DNA of 45,606 bases from Promethearchaeota archaeon. Lineage in GTDB: Archaea > Asgardarchaeota > Lokiarchaeia > Sigyniarchaeales > SOKP01. The translations under genes and the position numbers were made by a program. The stretch is from contig JBHLNT010000015.1 of assembly GCA_048941265.1 (NCBI GenBank), positions 1-45,606 of the forward strand, written 5' to 3'. Shown piece by piece: positions 11,201 to 18,398 of the stretch. The first letter of the stretch is position 1; each line of letters starts with the position of its first letter. Under the pieces are notes generated by a model that did not search any database, had not been told where the DNA came from, and saw nothing but the letters and a program-made list of their open reading frames with translations.

Positions 11201-12749
11201 TTTCTATACTTTTAGTCTCGCCAGGATTTATCTCAACCCAAAAATGAAAGTCAAAGTCATCTTTTTTTAAATCTACTTTGGTATCATATGTGAATATTGC
11301 ATCCATGCTTTCTGCTAGATTCATGGGATCAATTAAATCACCATCATATATGTCTTTCTCTTCAGATTGGTTATATCTATAGATATTATCGAGATTTTGT
11401 AATAATGTAAAATCCAATCCCATCATTTTTGGGATTAATCCTCCAAATTTAACTCTTATAGGATATTCTTCCGTATTTTTAAATTCCATTGATATTGTGA
11501 TTTCGTTCTTTTGGTGATGCTCCTTAAAAGAATAAACATTGGTAGAATTATATTCATCACAATTTAGATATATACCTTTTTTTTTATCCAACCCCTCAAT
11601 TTTTACGGTTGCTAAATCCCCATAAAGAGGTAATGACCATGGAAGACGTCTATTTAATTTAAATTGAAAACAAACTTCACTACTATAATCATTGGGCCTA
11701 TCATGATCGTTATCCCTAAAACAAACACCGAATTCTAAAAGATAAAAATTTGGATATGTATCATAAACATCAGATAAATAAAATTCATAAGTACCAATTT
11801 TTCCTCCTTCGTGTTCATTAGTAGGTACAAATAAAAACCAATTGTTTTCTGAATACTTGCCCCTCCATTGTGCACCTGAAGGATCCTTTGCTTCAATAGC
11901 GATTTTCATATAGGTGCTATCACTATAACTAATATCGGATACATCATAGATCACATTATTTTCCAGTTCAGTTTTTTCGTTCCAGTGCCCAGAAGGGTAG
12001 ATCCAAGTTCTTATTTCTGGAGGTGTAACATCGTCATCCGTAATGTCATAGCAATTCCATATATAATCTTCTACAGGATATTCTACTCCAAATAAAGTAC
12101 ACCAATGAACTAATTCCGCATCAGCATTATACTCTATATAACCCGTATCTATATATATTGGATCAAGCTCAATAAATGTCCATTTATCATCGAAGACGTT
12201 CTTATCACATAGCCATGGAAAAAAAACTTCTTTCCAAACCCTGTCTTTGAAATTATCTTTACTTAAATAGAGCTCAGCGCAATAGATACATTCTAAACCC
12301 TTTATTCCAAATGAAATTTCAAATTTTATTTGCTCATCATTCGCATAAATTGGATCAATATAACCATCTGTAGTTGCTGTTAATTTCGTTCTAGCAATTT
12401 CATAACTTTCTTCTTTCGTTATTGTACCATTATATAAACCCCAATGTAGAATGGTAGCAATTTGAATTTTATTCTGAATTTGAGGATCATTAATTATTTC
12501 ATCGTTTAGTTGTCCATCTCTATAACCTAAATCAATAGTATATTGTTTCCATTCATTATACCCCCAATTTTCTTTTTCATCTTCTATAACTGAAAATTGA
12601 CTATTTTCAGATGAATCCACATCATCTGAGGAAATGGGACTCTCATTTTGTTTATTTGAATTATTTTTAATTGTCGTTGAATTTAGATATAAATTCGGGA
12701 GAAAAAGAATTAAAAGTATACCAAAAACTATTGTACTTTTACTTTTCAA
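8280..12749 (-). CDS. Large (1489 aa) secreted/surface hypothetical protein
   Basis: N-terminal signal-like helix, TTG start after AGGCGA SD-like site, twice-repeated DDD(V/I)TPPEI...(D/N)NDxDxxxD modules, central hydrophobic helices. Confidence 0.8.
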   Translation of the reverse strand: MKSKSTIVFGILLILFLPNLYLNSTTIKNNSNKQNESPISSDDVDSSENSQFSVIEDEKENWGYNEWKQYTIDLGYRDGQLNDEIINDPQIQNKIQIATILHWGLYNGTITKEESYEIARTKLTATTDGYIDPIYANDEQIKFEISFGIKGLECIYCAELYLSKDNFKDRVWKEVFFPWLCDKNVFDDKWTFIELDPIYIDTGYIEYNADAELVHWCTLFGVEYPVEDYIWNCYDITDDDVTPPEIRTWIYPSGHWNEKTELENNVIYDVSDISYSDSTYMKIAIEAKDPSGAQWRGKYSENNWFLFVPTNEHEGGKIGTYEFYLSDVYDTYPNFYLLEFGVCFRDNDHDRPNDYSSEVCFQFKLNRRLPWSLPLYGDLATVKIEGLDKKKGIYLNCDEYNSTNVYSFKEHHQKNEITISMEFKNTEEYPIRVKFGGLIPKMMGLDFTLLQNLDNIYRYNQSEEKDIYDGDLIDPMNLAESMDAIFTYDTKVDLKKDDFDFHFWVEINPGETKSIEICKISIKTLEILDTSGVIWDDWTKGIKDATELEAQFLNSRIFAQYVFAALGIPLPPTALDFIKTMENESKDIEDWLSLVYSADILGAKISNLGGFMGLFFGILEAYGAEKYWNDPSKWWWHLNEDVDDYHYIRGNPYNKWTNVRQMLIMDPEDWELVDSEDLIYYTGIGLIPDDSQRDALRNFISYEMFSDLMFSVSSMDYCPTFLLCLLTGIGVATDIYKDTAILDIVNGKDPPDNNYYEKPNVDVVSYPYERFPELYEEIQAHNSIAIQGKAIIDSLLDLERLTTNLIIANNRYNTAFASNNFSACSFQTQNIQEFSYEMIETSKQLEYYYVSFMNSIESETNNNPLYFSDIDMDILTSPEFEFEFDPKYKDFVTEFEITRNIETNVLKDMQNKEIAINSIEHKDMELLNEMAMRSSHIFESIDELCLSLLEENIKTNQYISVGKLGLSPLSGPEIELEINTLLDQLNTLTNLILNEEFYNASLLANIIKDSSLDLFFNTYRDEFLSIYYYAKSFERYALQKNQIQLTLVDVEKKVLYDGTNVNFSINIENLVGQILEDNYDYIVSTLVITNLPDYLTYSIFYSNDTELEKNEEGNYYILLSKNEVKSLKLQIALKSNSVPEISKEIKLQLIAYQNTTKKLMWSEASIELTILDDDITPPEILISEKGLGWVLEIEDNDGILDSIATGTYIILDNNDNIIFSGLLEENITYQLILPLKVGNYTLFVFATNNDKDWAGDEETSEASAMLEFTLDFLYDFVNSQIDELKDYIQANVSSCISRIFIHILDKTQERLQEAYYFIENGKCKCALFYDVIAQIYLKITEFKIELINRLNFINDENAEYMINFIHIIRNNIILLMGNSVGTEQGYSIALIEVDLLNLNDMIEEELNWCYCWCLSNYIRGAVTMLEISIFKISLDHDIKHFLTSASIKLDKAKCVINHLLDKGKISQELADRLLFEINQALDNIEILKN

Positions 12750-12872
12750 ATTAATTTCGCCTATTTTTTAAGAAATCATTTTTAATAAAATTGGATTAAT
12801 TAATATTTATTAAAATCGATTATTTAACGTTTGTGGTAAATAACCTTTACATCTTTTTGTTTTGCAGCATTC

Positions 12873-12919
12873 TTTCACTCTATTGGATTTTTCTGCTACT
12901 TTTTCATAAAATAATATAA
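12873..12919. repeat. Direct repeat A, right copy
   Basis: Matches 7912-7958 at 43/47 positions. Confidence 0.9.
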
Positions 12920-13169
12920 TTATTATTTTATTGAAATATCAAATTCTCTTTTTGGCAAAAGACTTTCTGATCCAATAAATGCGGTGATGACCATTTCAAA
13001 GGATCCAAATAAAAGTGAATTTGAAACAATTTGCTCAATTATAAAGGAATGGGCAAATAATAGTTATAACAAAAATCTCATTCCCGAGGAAATAGTGAGT
13101 TCCTTATTAAAAAAATTAATAGACGCGGGAGATCCAATCGCCAAACAAGCTTTTGAAGCCAAAAATTAA
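12915..13169 (+). pseudogene. Probable 5'-truncated remnant of a Lokiarchaeia-expanded domain (EFxxxCSxxxxW...LLKKLxxAGDPIAK)
   Basis: Motif recalled from Loki proteins; frame is open from 12915 with no good start; begins at the edge of repeat A. Confidence 0.5.
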
Positions 13170-13295
13170 ATTATTGTAATTATCGTTATGATATATTGAT
13201 TTTTAAATCTAAAGTTCTGAAAGATTATACAATGTCGCCGAAGAATACTAACTAACTTTAAGGAGAAAGTTCAGATATTAAAAATCGTGATTATA

Positions 13296-13526
13296 TTAAT
13301 ATTTCTCTTTCTCTGCTTTTGATTTCGAGTACCATTCAAGCCAATCCTTTCTACGCGCTTTTTTCTGGGAGTAATCATCGTCAGAATTAATGTTTTGTGT
13401 CCTTATCTTTTTCCAGTAATCATCTAATTCTGATCGCTTCAAAGACAATCCGCAAGAACTGCAAATCAGTGATTTAGTTGCTGATTCGAATTCCATCTTC
13501 CCTGCACATTCTGGACAGCGAGCCAT
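13296..13526 (-). CDS. Small zinc-ribbon protein
   Basis: CPEC...CSSC, ATG start, charged helical tail. Confidence 0.8.
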   Translation of the reverse strand: MARCPECAGKMEFESATKSLICSSCGLSLKRSELDDYWKKIRTQNINSDDDYSQKKARRKDWLEWYSKSKAEKEKY

Positions 13527-13585
13527 ACGTTTTCCTATTCAAACTTTTAATTTTTTTAAATTATATTATAGTATTTAGAATAAAT

Positions 13586-13607
13586 TAACGCTAAAATAAT
13601 TATTGAA
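13586..13607. repeat. Direct repeat B, left copy (TAACGCTAAAATAATTATTGAA)
   Basis: 22/22 identical to 13920-13941. Confidence 0.9.
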
Positions 13608-13710
13608 TTAATTGCATAATTGACATAAAATCCAAAATTCGGATTATTATTTTCCGAATCATTTAAGATTAATAGTTTTTGTTAAAAATATCAGAATCTT
13701 ATTTCCGATA

Positions 13711-13728
13711 AAAGAGAAATTATATATA
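13711..13728 (+). promoter_or_regulatory. BRE/TATA promoter of the candidate ncRNA
   Basis: Purine-rich AAAGAGAAA followed by TTATATATA, ending about 23 nt before the GC-rich block at 13751. Confidence 0.7.
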
Positions 13729-13750
13729 TTTGAATATCTATTATTTATAT

Positions 13751-13871
13751 GTAGTTCGCGACGACTGCGGTTGCTTGAGCATAAGAACCCCGGTCAAGGT
13801 TATTGCTAGGGCTCTCCTAGACGGACCTCCGCGATAACAGGTAATTCTGTTCTCAAGCCAGAATTACCACA
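13751..13871 (+). ncRNA. Unclassified ~120-nt structured RNA (three-way junction, 3' hairpin, loop-loop pairing)
   Basis: Sharp GC-rich island with no listed ORF; stems 13756-60/13830-34, 13763-72/13786-95, 13797-800/13825-28, 13806-10/13816-20, 13840-49/13859-68; upstream TATA and downstream T tracts. Confidence 0.7.
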
Positions 13872-13885
13872 AAAAAAGCTATATC

Positions 13886-13908
13886 TTTGTTTTGTCACTA
13901 ATTTTTTT
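13886..13908 (+). terminator. Possible oligo(T) terminator of the ncRNA
   Basis: TTTGTTTTG and TTTTTTT tracts just downstream of the structured block. Confidence 0.4.
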
Positions 13909-13919
13909 CGACAGTCTCA

Positions 13920-13941
13920 TAACGCTAAAATAATTATTGAA
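13920..13941. repeat. Direct repeat B, right copy
   Basis: 22/22 identical to 13586-13607. Confidence 0.9.
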
Positions 13942-14146
13942 AAAATAAATTTGCATTATTAATAATTTCAAGTAAACATTCTACTTATATATTTTAAAAT
14001 CGAAAAATTGTAAAGTGAGAACTATTGACATCTAAGGTATACTTTTTTACAGCTCGGGCTCACACCCGTCAAGAGAGTATGAGTAAAATCAAGGGACCAT
14101 TAGCCCTTAAGCATTTAGGTATTGAAGAAAAGATACCATAATACAT

Positions 14147-14386
14147 TTAATAGATGGTGAAGAATGTGGATCGATCTCAGTTCCATATGTATTACGTATG
14201 ATTTCGTCAACAGGATTAGATATCGGGAAAGATGGGCTCTCACCTGTAACTGATGATTACAAAGCACCATTCAAATTTCCCGGAACAATTAAAAGAGTCC
14301 ATGTAGATTTACCTCGGTACAGACCAGCTTCACAAGATCGTGAGGATGAGAAAGTCCGATTCCGCACTGAAATGTCCAAACAATAA
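14147..14386 (+). pseudogene. C-terminal remnant of an arylsulfatase
   Basis: LIDGEECG...GLDIGKDGLSPVTDDYKAPFKFPGTIKRVHVDL...RFRTEMSKQ resembles arylsulfatase C-termini; similarity extends upstream of the ATG at 14198; in-frame stop at 14123. Confidence 0.7.
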
Positions 14387-14503
14387 TGAAATCTTAAAAA
14401 AAAGATTGGGTTAGAAAAAGACAAGATAGGAGTATTAAACCTAAAGCCTATTTTAATAAAAAAAAAAAGAATTTGAAAGGTTAAAATTTTCCTTAAACTT
14501 ACT

Positions 14504-14818
14504 TTATTCTTTTAGTTTTTTAGCTAATTTCATAAGAGGGGGGATAACTTTAACTACTGGAGATGCAGGAGTCGTTTTAACAAACTTGAAAATACCTGGT
14601 TTAGTGAGTCTCCACATTGCAAATGCCTCTATAATTTGTTCCTCAGTATCTGCTTCTAATATTAATACACCCCAAAAATCTGAGTTACTCACATACCAAG
14701 CGATTTCTTTAGTGCCTTCTACTGGCCATAATTTCTTACTTACAATTTTTTGGGCAATTTCAGCTAATTCTGCTGGATCGAAATCAGGATTGAGTTCCCA
14801 ATATGTTATAAAAATCAT
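14504..14818 (-). CDS. Small hypothetical protein (DUF3303-like alpha/beta fold)
   Basis: ATG with AGGTGA SD; FITYWEL...W..S.FWGVLILEADTEE pattern. Confidence 0.7.
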   Translation of the reverse strand: MIFITYWELNPDFDPAELAEIAQKIVSKKLWPVEGTKEIAWYVSNSDFWGVLILEADTEEQIIEAFAMWRLTKPGIFKFVKTTPASPVVKVIPPLMKLAKKLKE

Positions 14819-15102
14819 TTAATCACCTTTTTATTAATTATCAATAATAAGCTTCGGATTTCGAAGTAATTAAATACAATATGGAAGAAAATTTAAATAT
14901 TTACACTTTTGTATAGAAACTATTAAGTTTTGATTTTAACTAATTTAATTGTAATTCTTATAGCAAATTGAAAAAATTTATTAAAATTTAAACTTTGAAA
15001 TTAAAATATTATATAGAAAAATTACAAATAAGAACATTCATAATATAAAGAGAGGCGATTTTAATTCCCGAAAGCAGTAGCATATTAAATGACATTAATA
15101 AG

Positions 15103-16038
15103 GTGTTTATTCCATGTAGAACTGTTTTAGAAATGGAGGCAATAATCTCTTTATATCTATTAAATTCTAATTATGATAAAATTAAGGATATACCAGATTC
15201 CCGACCATCTAGTGATCGGCTAATAGATATATTAGCTGTAAGGGATCAACAGTTGTTCGTAGATATTATAGATTTTTTTATCAATCGTGCAATTCCAAAA
15301 GTAAAACCCGTAGTTATGTATGCTCGAGAACACCATGAAAGATTTAGAATGGGAAACGTTGCTCCATATGCGAAAACACGAGTTTGTGTCTATCTCGCTT
15401 TACATAGATTAAAATTGAAATTCTTAATAATTAAAAATTTCATAGATACATTTAAATCTAATAATTATAACTTAGATTCTTTCTATGAAAACGAGATAGA
15501 GGAGGATATGACTTTTCTGGCGGCGCTTTCAAAAGATTATTATAAAAAAAATAAAATGAATCTTAGGTTAATGATACAGAAGAGAAGAGTTTCAGAAAGA
15601 GTACAAAAGTTACTAAATGATAAAGACGCCATCACCAGTGAAAAATTATTCAAAATGGCTACTTTCAAAGTTTATCTTGAAAGAGCTAATATAATAAAAT
15701 TTATCATGAGAGAAATTAAAGCATCCATTTTTGTGTGCAAATTAATGTTTGCTAAAATGGACCTTCATAACCCTTTTTCTTTTACAGAAGAAACTGCTTT
15801 GGATTTAGAAGAGATTATGATTAGTAATGATTTTATCCCAGAATTACTACCTGCTATTTCAAAAAGTCTTCGGACAAATAATATCACTCAACTTGAGGAG
15901 TGTATTAATGCATTTGACTTCTTAATGGATAAAGTTTTAAATGGGATTAATAAAGCTATAGAAATTACTTCTGGGGGTCAATTCCAGATTGGGTTATACG
16001 AGACGATATATGATACCGGAAATATTTTTGCATTTTAA
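15103..16038 (+). CDS. Hypothetical alpha-helical protein
   Basis: 311-aa ORF in AT-rich DNA; no recognised motif; start may be upstream. Confidence 0.7.
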   Translation: MFIPCRTVLEMEAIISLYLLNSNYDKIKDIPDSRPSSDRLIDILAVRDQQLFVDIIDFFINRAIPKVKPVVMYAREHHERFRMGNVAPYAKTRVCVYLALHRLKLKFLIIKNFIDTFKSNNYNLDSFYENEIEEDMTFLAALSKDYYKKNKMNLRLMIQKRRVSERVQKLLNDKDAITSEKLFKMATFKVYLERANIIKFIMREIKASIFVCKLMFAKMDLHNPFSFTEETALDLEEIMISNDFIPELLPAISKSLRTNNITQLEECINAFDFLMDKVLNGINKAIEITSGGQFQIGLYETIYDTGNIFAF

Positions 16039-16235
16039 CTGAACTCTTCCATCAAAATATCTATCTTTAAAAATCTTTAAATATAAGATAAGATCTATAT
16101 TTCTACTAAGTTTTTTAAAAATTCACGGGTAATTTAAAAAAAATATAAAGAGTTGATGCTATTATTTCAGAAGGTATTTCACCAATTCCCATTGATATTG
16201 TATTTACTATAATATTTACTTTAATATCTTTAAGT

Positions 16236-16886
16236 TTGGGGATAATCATGATTCTTAAGTATTACAAATATAAAATTAGGGAGCTTATTTATGCTGGTGT
16301 GACATGGTGTATTATTACAAGCCCATTTTGGGCAGATATTATTTCATACTTATGGTATTTAACGCTTAAGGTGCCGTTGAGTGATTTTTATTATTTTATA
16401 CTCAGTATAGGATTTATTCCCTTAGCTCACGTAACATGGATGGTCTTTTTTACCTCATTCTTTCTAAAAAGATACCAAAAAGAAGTTGTTTCATTGTTTT
16501 TAATTGAAGCAATTATTTTTGAAATAGTCTTTATTTATTTTCTCATAGTGGAACCCTCAAGAATTGCGACACGTATACCATTAACTAGTGTAGAATGGAC
16601 AACATTCATTTTAATATATTTAATTGCTTCCATTTTACTTTTTTTATTGACTGGCATTACTTTCACTTTGCAATGTTTTAATTCTGATAATGCAGAAACT
16701 CAACTAAAGGGGAAATTTCTTATTTTAGCATTCTTGAGTTTTATGGTAGGCATCATTATTGAAATTATACCGATATTTTTCGATTTTAAATATGTATTAA
16801 GTAGAATAATAATTCTTTCAGCAGCAATAGAATTTTATATTGGTTTTATTTTACCCACTCAGATAAAAAAGATTTTTTTGAAATAA
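16236..16886 (+). CDS. Multi-pass (probably 7-TM) membrane protein
   Basis: Six clear TM helices plus a first helix that extends upstream of the listed start. Confidence 0.75.
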   Translation: MGIIMILKYYKYKIRELIYAGVTWCIITSPFWADIISYLWYLTLKVPLSDFYYFILSIGFIPLAHVTWMVFFTSFFLKRYQKEVVSLFLIEAIIFEIVFIYFLIVEPSRIATRIPLTSVEWTTFILIYLIASILLFLLTGITFTLQCFNSDNAETQLKGKFLILAFLSFMVGIIIEIIPIFFDFKYVLSRIIILSAAIEFYIGFILPTQIKKIFLK

Positions 16887-16991
16887 AATTTCAATTGATT
16901 TTCAAAGTAATAATTATATTAAAATAACAAAATAACAAAACTAGTATTATCAATCAAAATTCTAAAAGGTACTTTATTAAAAGGTTTTTTT

Positions 16992-17693
16992 ATGGTTAAT
17001 TATAAAGCTATTATTAAAGATTTACAAAAAAAATATTCTGATGCTAGTAAAGTGGCTATTATAAGTAAAGATGGAAAGAACCTTTTCTCAACTGATAACT
17101 GGAATATTAGTAGTGATATAAAGAGTGTCTTGTCTAATTGGGCAAGCGGAAATGCACAATTTGTATCAATAGATGGGATTCGATACTCTATCTTACAGAT
17201 GGAACCAGAACGTTTCATTGCTACAAATCGTCACAATCAAGGTCATTTAATCGGAGCAACTAGTCCAGATGGAACGATATGTATATTAGCCCATATCAAA
17301 CCAAAAGCAAAAGCTTGGTATCATTCAGCTTATCCATTTGTCGCTAGAGCTGCTGCGATGATGGCAAAAGGTTCAAAATCAAAATCATTAGAAATTAAAA
17401 CAAGTAAAAAGAAATCAAAGATTAAGAAGCGAAAAAAGGAAGCAAAAGCAGTGCTCTTAGATGCTACGGGGGAAGAATCTAATACATATGAGAACACAAA
17501 TTTCGTAATAAAAGAGGGACCTCAAATCGACCCCTATCTCAAATTGGAAATTGAAAATTTTCTTCAATGGATAAATGATCCTAATGGATTATCATCTTAC
17601 ATCTCCTATTATTTAACCCAAAATGATCAAGAGAAAATTCAAGCATTAGCCATTATATACAAGACACTCCATAGAATTCTTTCTAATGAATAA
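16992..17693 (+). CDS. Asgard profilin-like protein with C-terminal extension
   Basis: VAIISKDGKNLFSTDNWNIS...IDGIRYSILQMEPERFIATNRHNQGHLIG matches the Asgard profilin pattern (AII..DG....T.NW.I / G..Y......ER...TN....GH). Confidence 0.75.
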   Translation: MVNYKAIIKDLQKKYSDASKVAIISKDGKNLFSTDNWNISSDIKSVLSNWASGNAQFVSIDGIRYSILQMEPERFIATNRHNQGHLIGATSPDGTICILAHIKPKAKAWYHSAYPFVARAAAMMAKGSKSKSLEIKTSKKKSKIKKRKKEAKAVLLDATGEESNTYENTNFVIKEGPQIDPYLKLEIENFLQWINDPNGLSSYISYYLTQNDQEKIQALAIIYKTLHRILSNE

Positions 17694-17877
17694 AGGCATC
17701 TAAAAATTAATTGATTTGACTAATCAAAATATTAAGAGAATAAAATCCCAACCTTTTTAGAATTTAAATACGGTTATTAGAATAATTATTATCGAGGCAG
17801 TAATAGAATTCTATGTCTATTTATCTTAAGCTCTTAGATAAAAAATTTTTTTTAAATACATCCTAAAGTATAATATA

Positions 17878-18363
17878 GTGATAAAAATGTCCAACAATAT
17901 GAATCTTGAGTTAAAAAGTTTAAAAATTTACCAACTAGGTTATGTATACAAAGATATAGAAAAACAAGCAAAAATTATGGAATCTTGTTTCGGAGTATCA
18001 AAATTTAACGTTTTTGATCCGGTTGATGTCAATGTAAATTATCGCGGAGTTGATAAAGTAATTAAAATGAGAGCAGCATTCGGTCGAATATTTGATACTG
18101 AAATTGAATTACTCCAACCGGTAGAGGGAGATTCAATTTATACCGAGTTTTTAAATCAAGGGAGAGAGGGATTGCATCATATTTGTTATCAAGTTGACGA
18201 TTTACAGCCCATAATTAATGAATATAAAGAAAAAGGCGTAGAAGTCTTACAATCAGGAAAAGTTATTACAGTGTCATACGCTTATATGGATACTGAGAAA
18301 GATTTTGGGATAATAGTCGAATACGCAGCGGAAAAGAAAAGAGGGAAAAGAAAAAAAGGGTAA
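17878..18363 (+). CDS. VOC family (methylmalonyl-CoA epimerase/glyoxalase-like) protein
   Basis: QLGYVYKDIE, EIELLQPVEGDSIYTEFL, EGLHHI, YMDT. Confidence 0.85.
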   Translation: MIKMSNNMNLELKSLKIYQLGYVYKDIEKQAKIMESCFGVSKFNVFDPVDVNVNYRGVDKVIKMRAAFGRIFDTEIELLQPVEGDSIYTEFLNQGREGLHHICYQVDDLQPIINEYKEKGVEVLQSGKVITVSYAYMDTEKDFGIIVEYAAEKKRGKRKKG

Positions 18364-18398
18364 AAATCAGCAAATATTTTTTTTTCAAGTTCTTTTTT

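Noticed and set aside
4534-12919. Provirus or conjugative element (recombinase + Orc1 + large gene)
   Set aside because: No capsid, packaging or T4SS genes, and the direct repeats exclude xerA and cdc6
13751-13870. 5S rRNA or tRNA identity for the 120-nt GC-rich island
   Set aside because: The length, pairable ends and GAACCCCGG are suggestive, but the 5S loop C (CCCAUYCCGAAC), CAUAG and helix spacing are absent; there is no cloverleaf or T-loop
14055-14108. Two small hairpins (CGGG/CCCG, AAGGG/CCCTT) as an RNA or IS200/IS605 end
   Set aside because: The stems are only 4-5 bp and the patch is explained equally well by a coding remnant at 14025-14141
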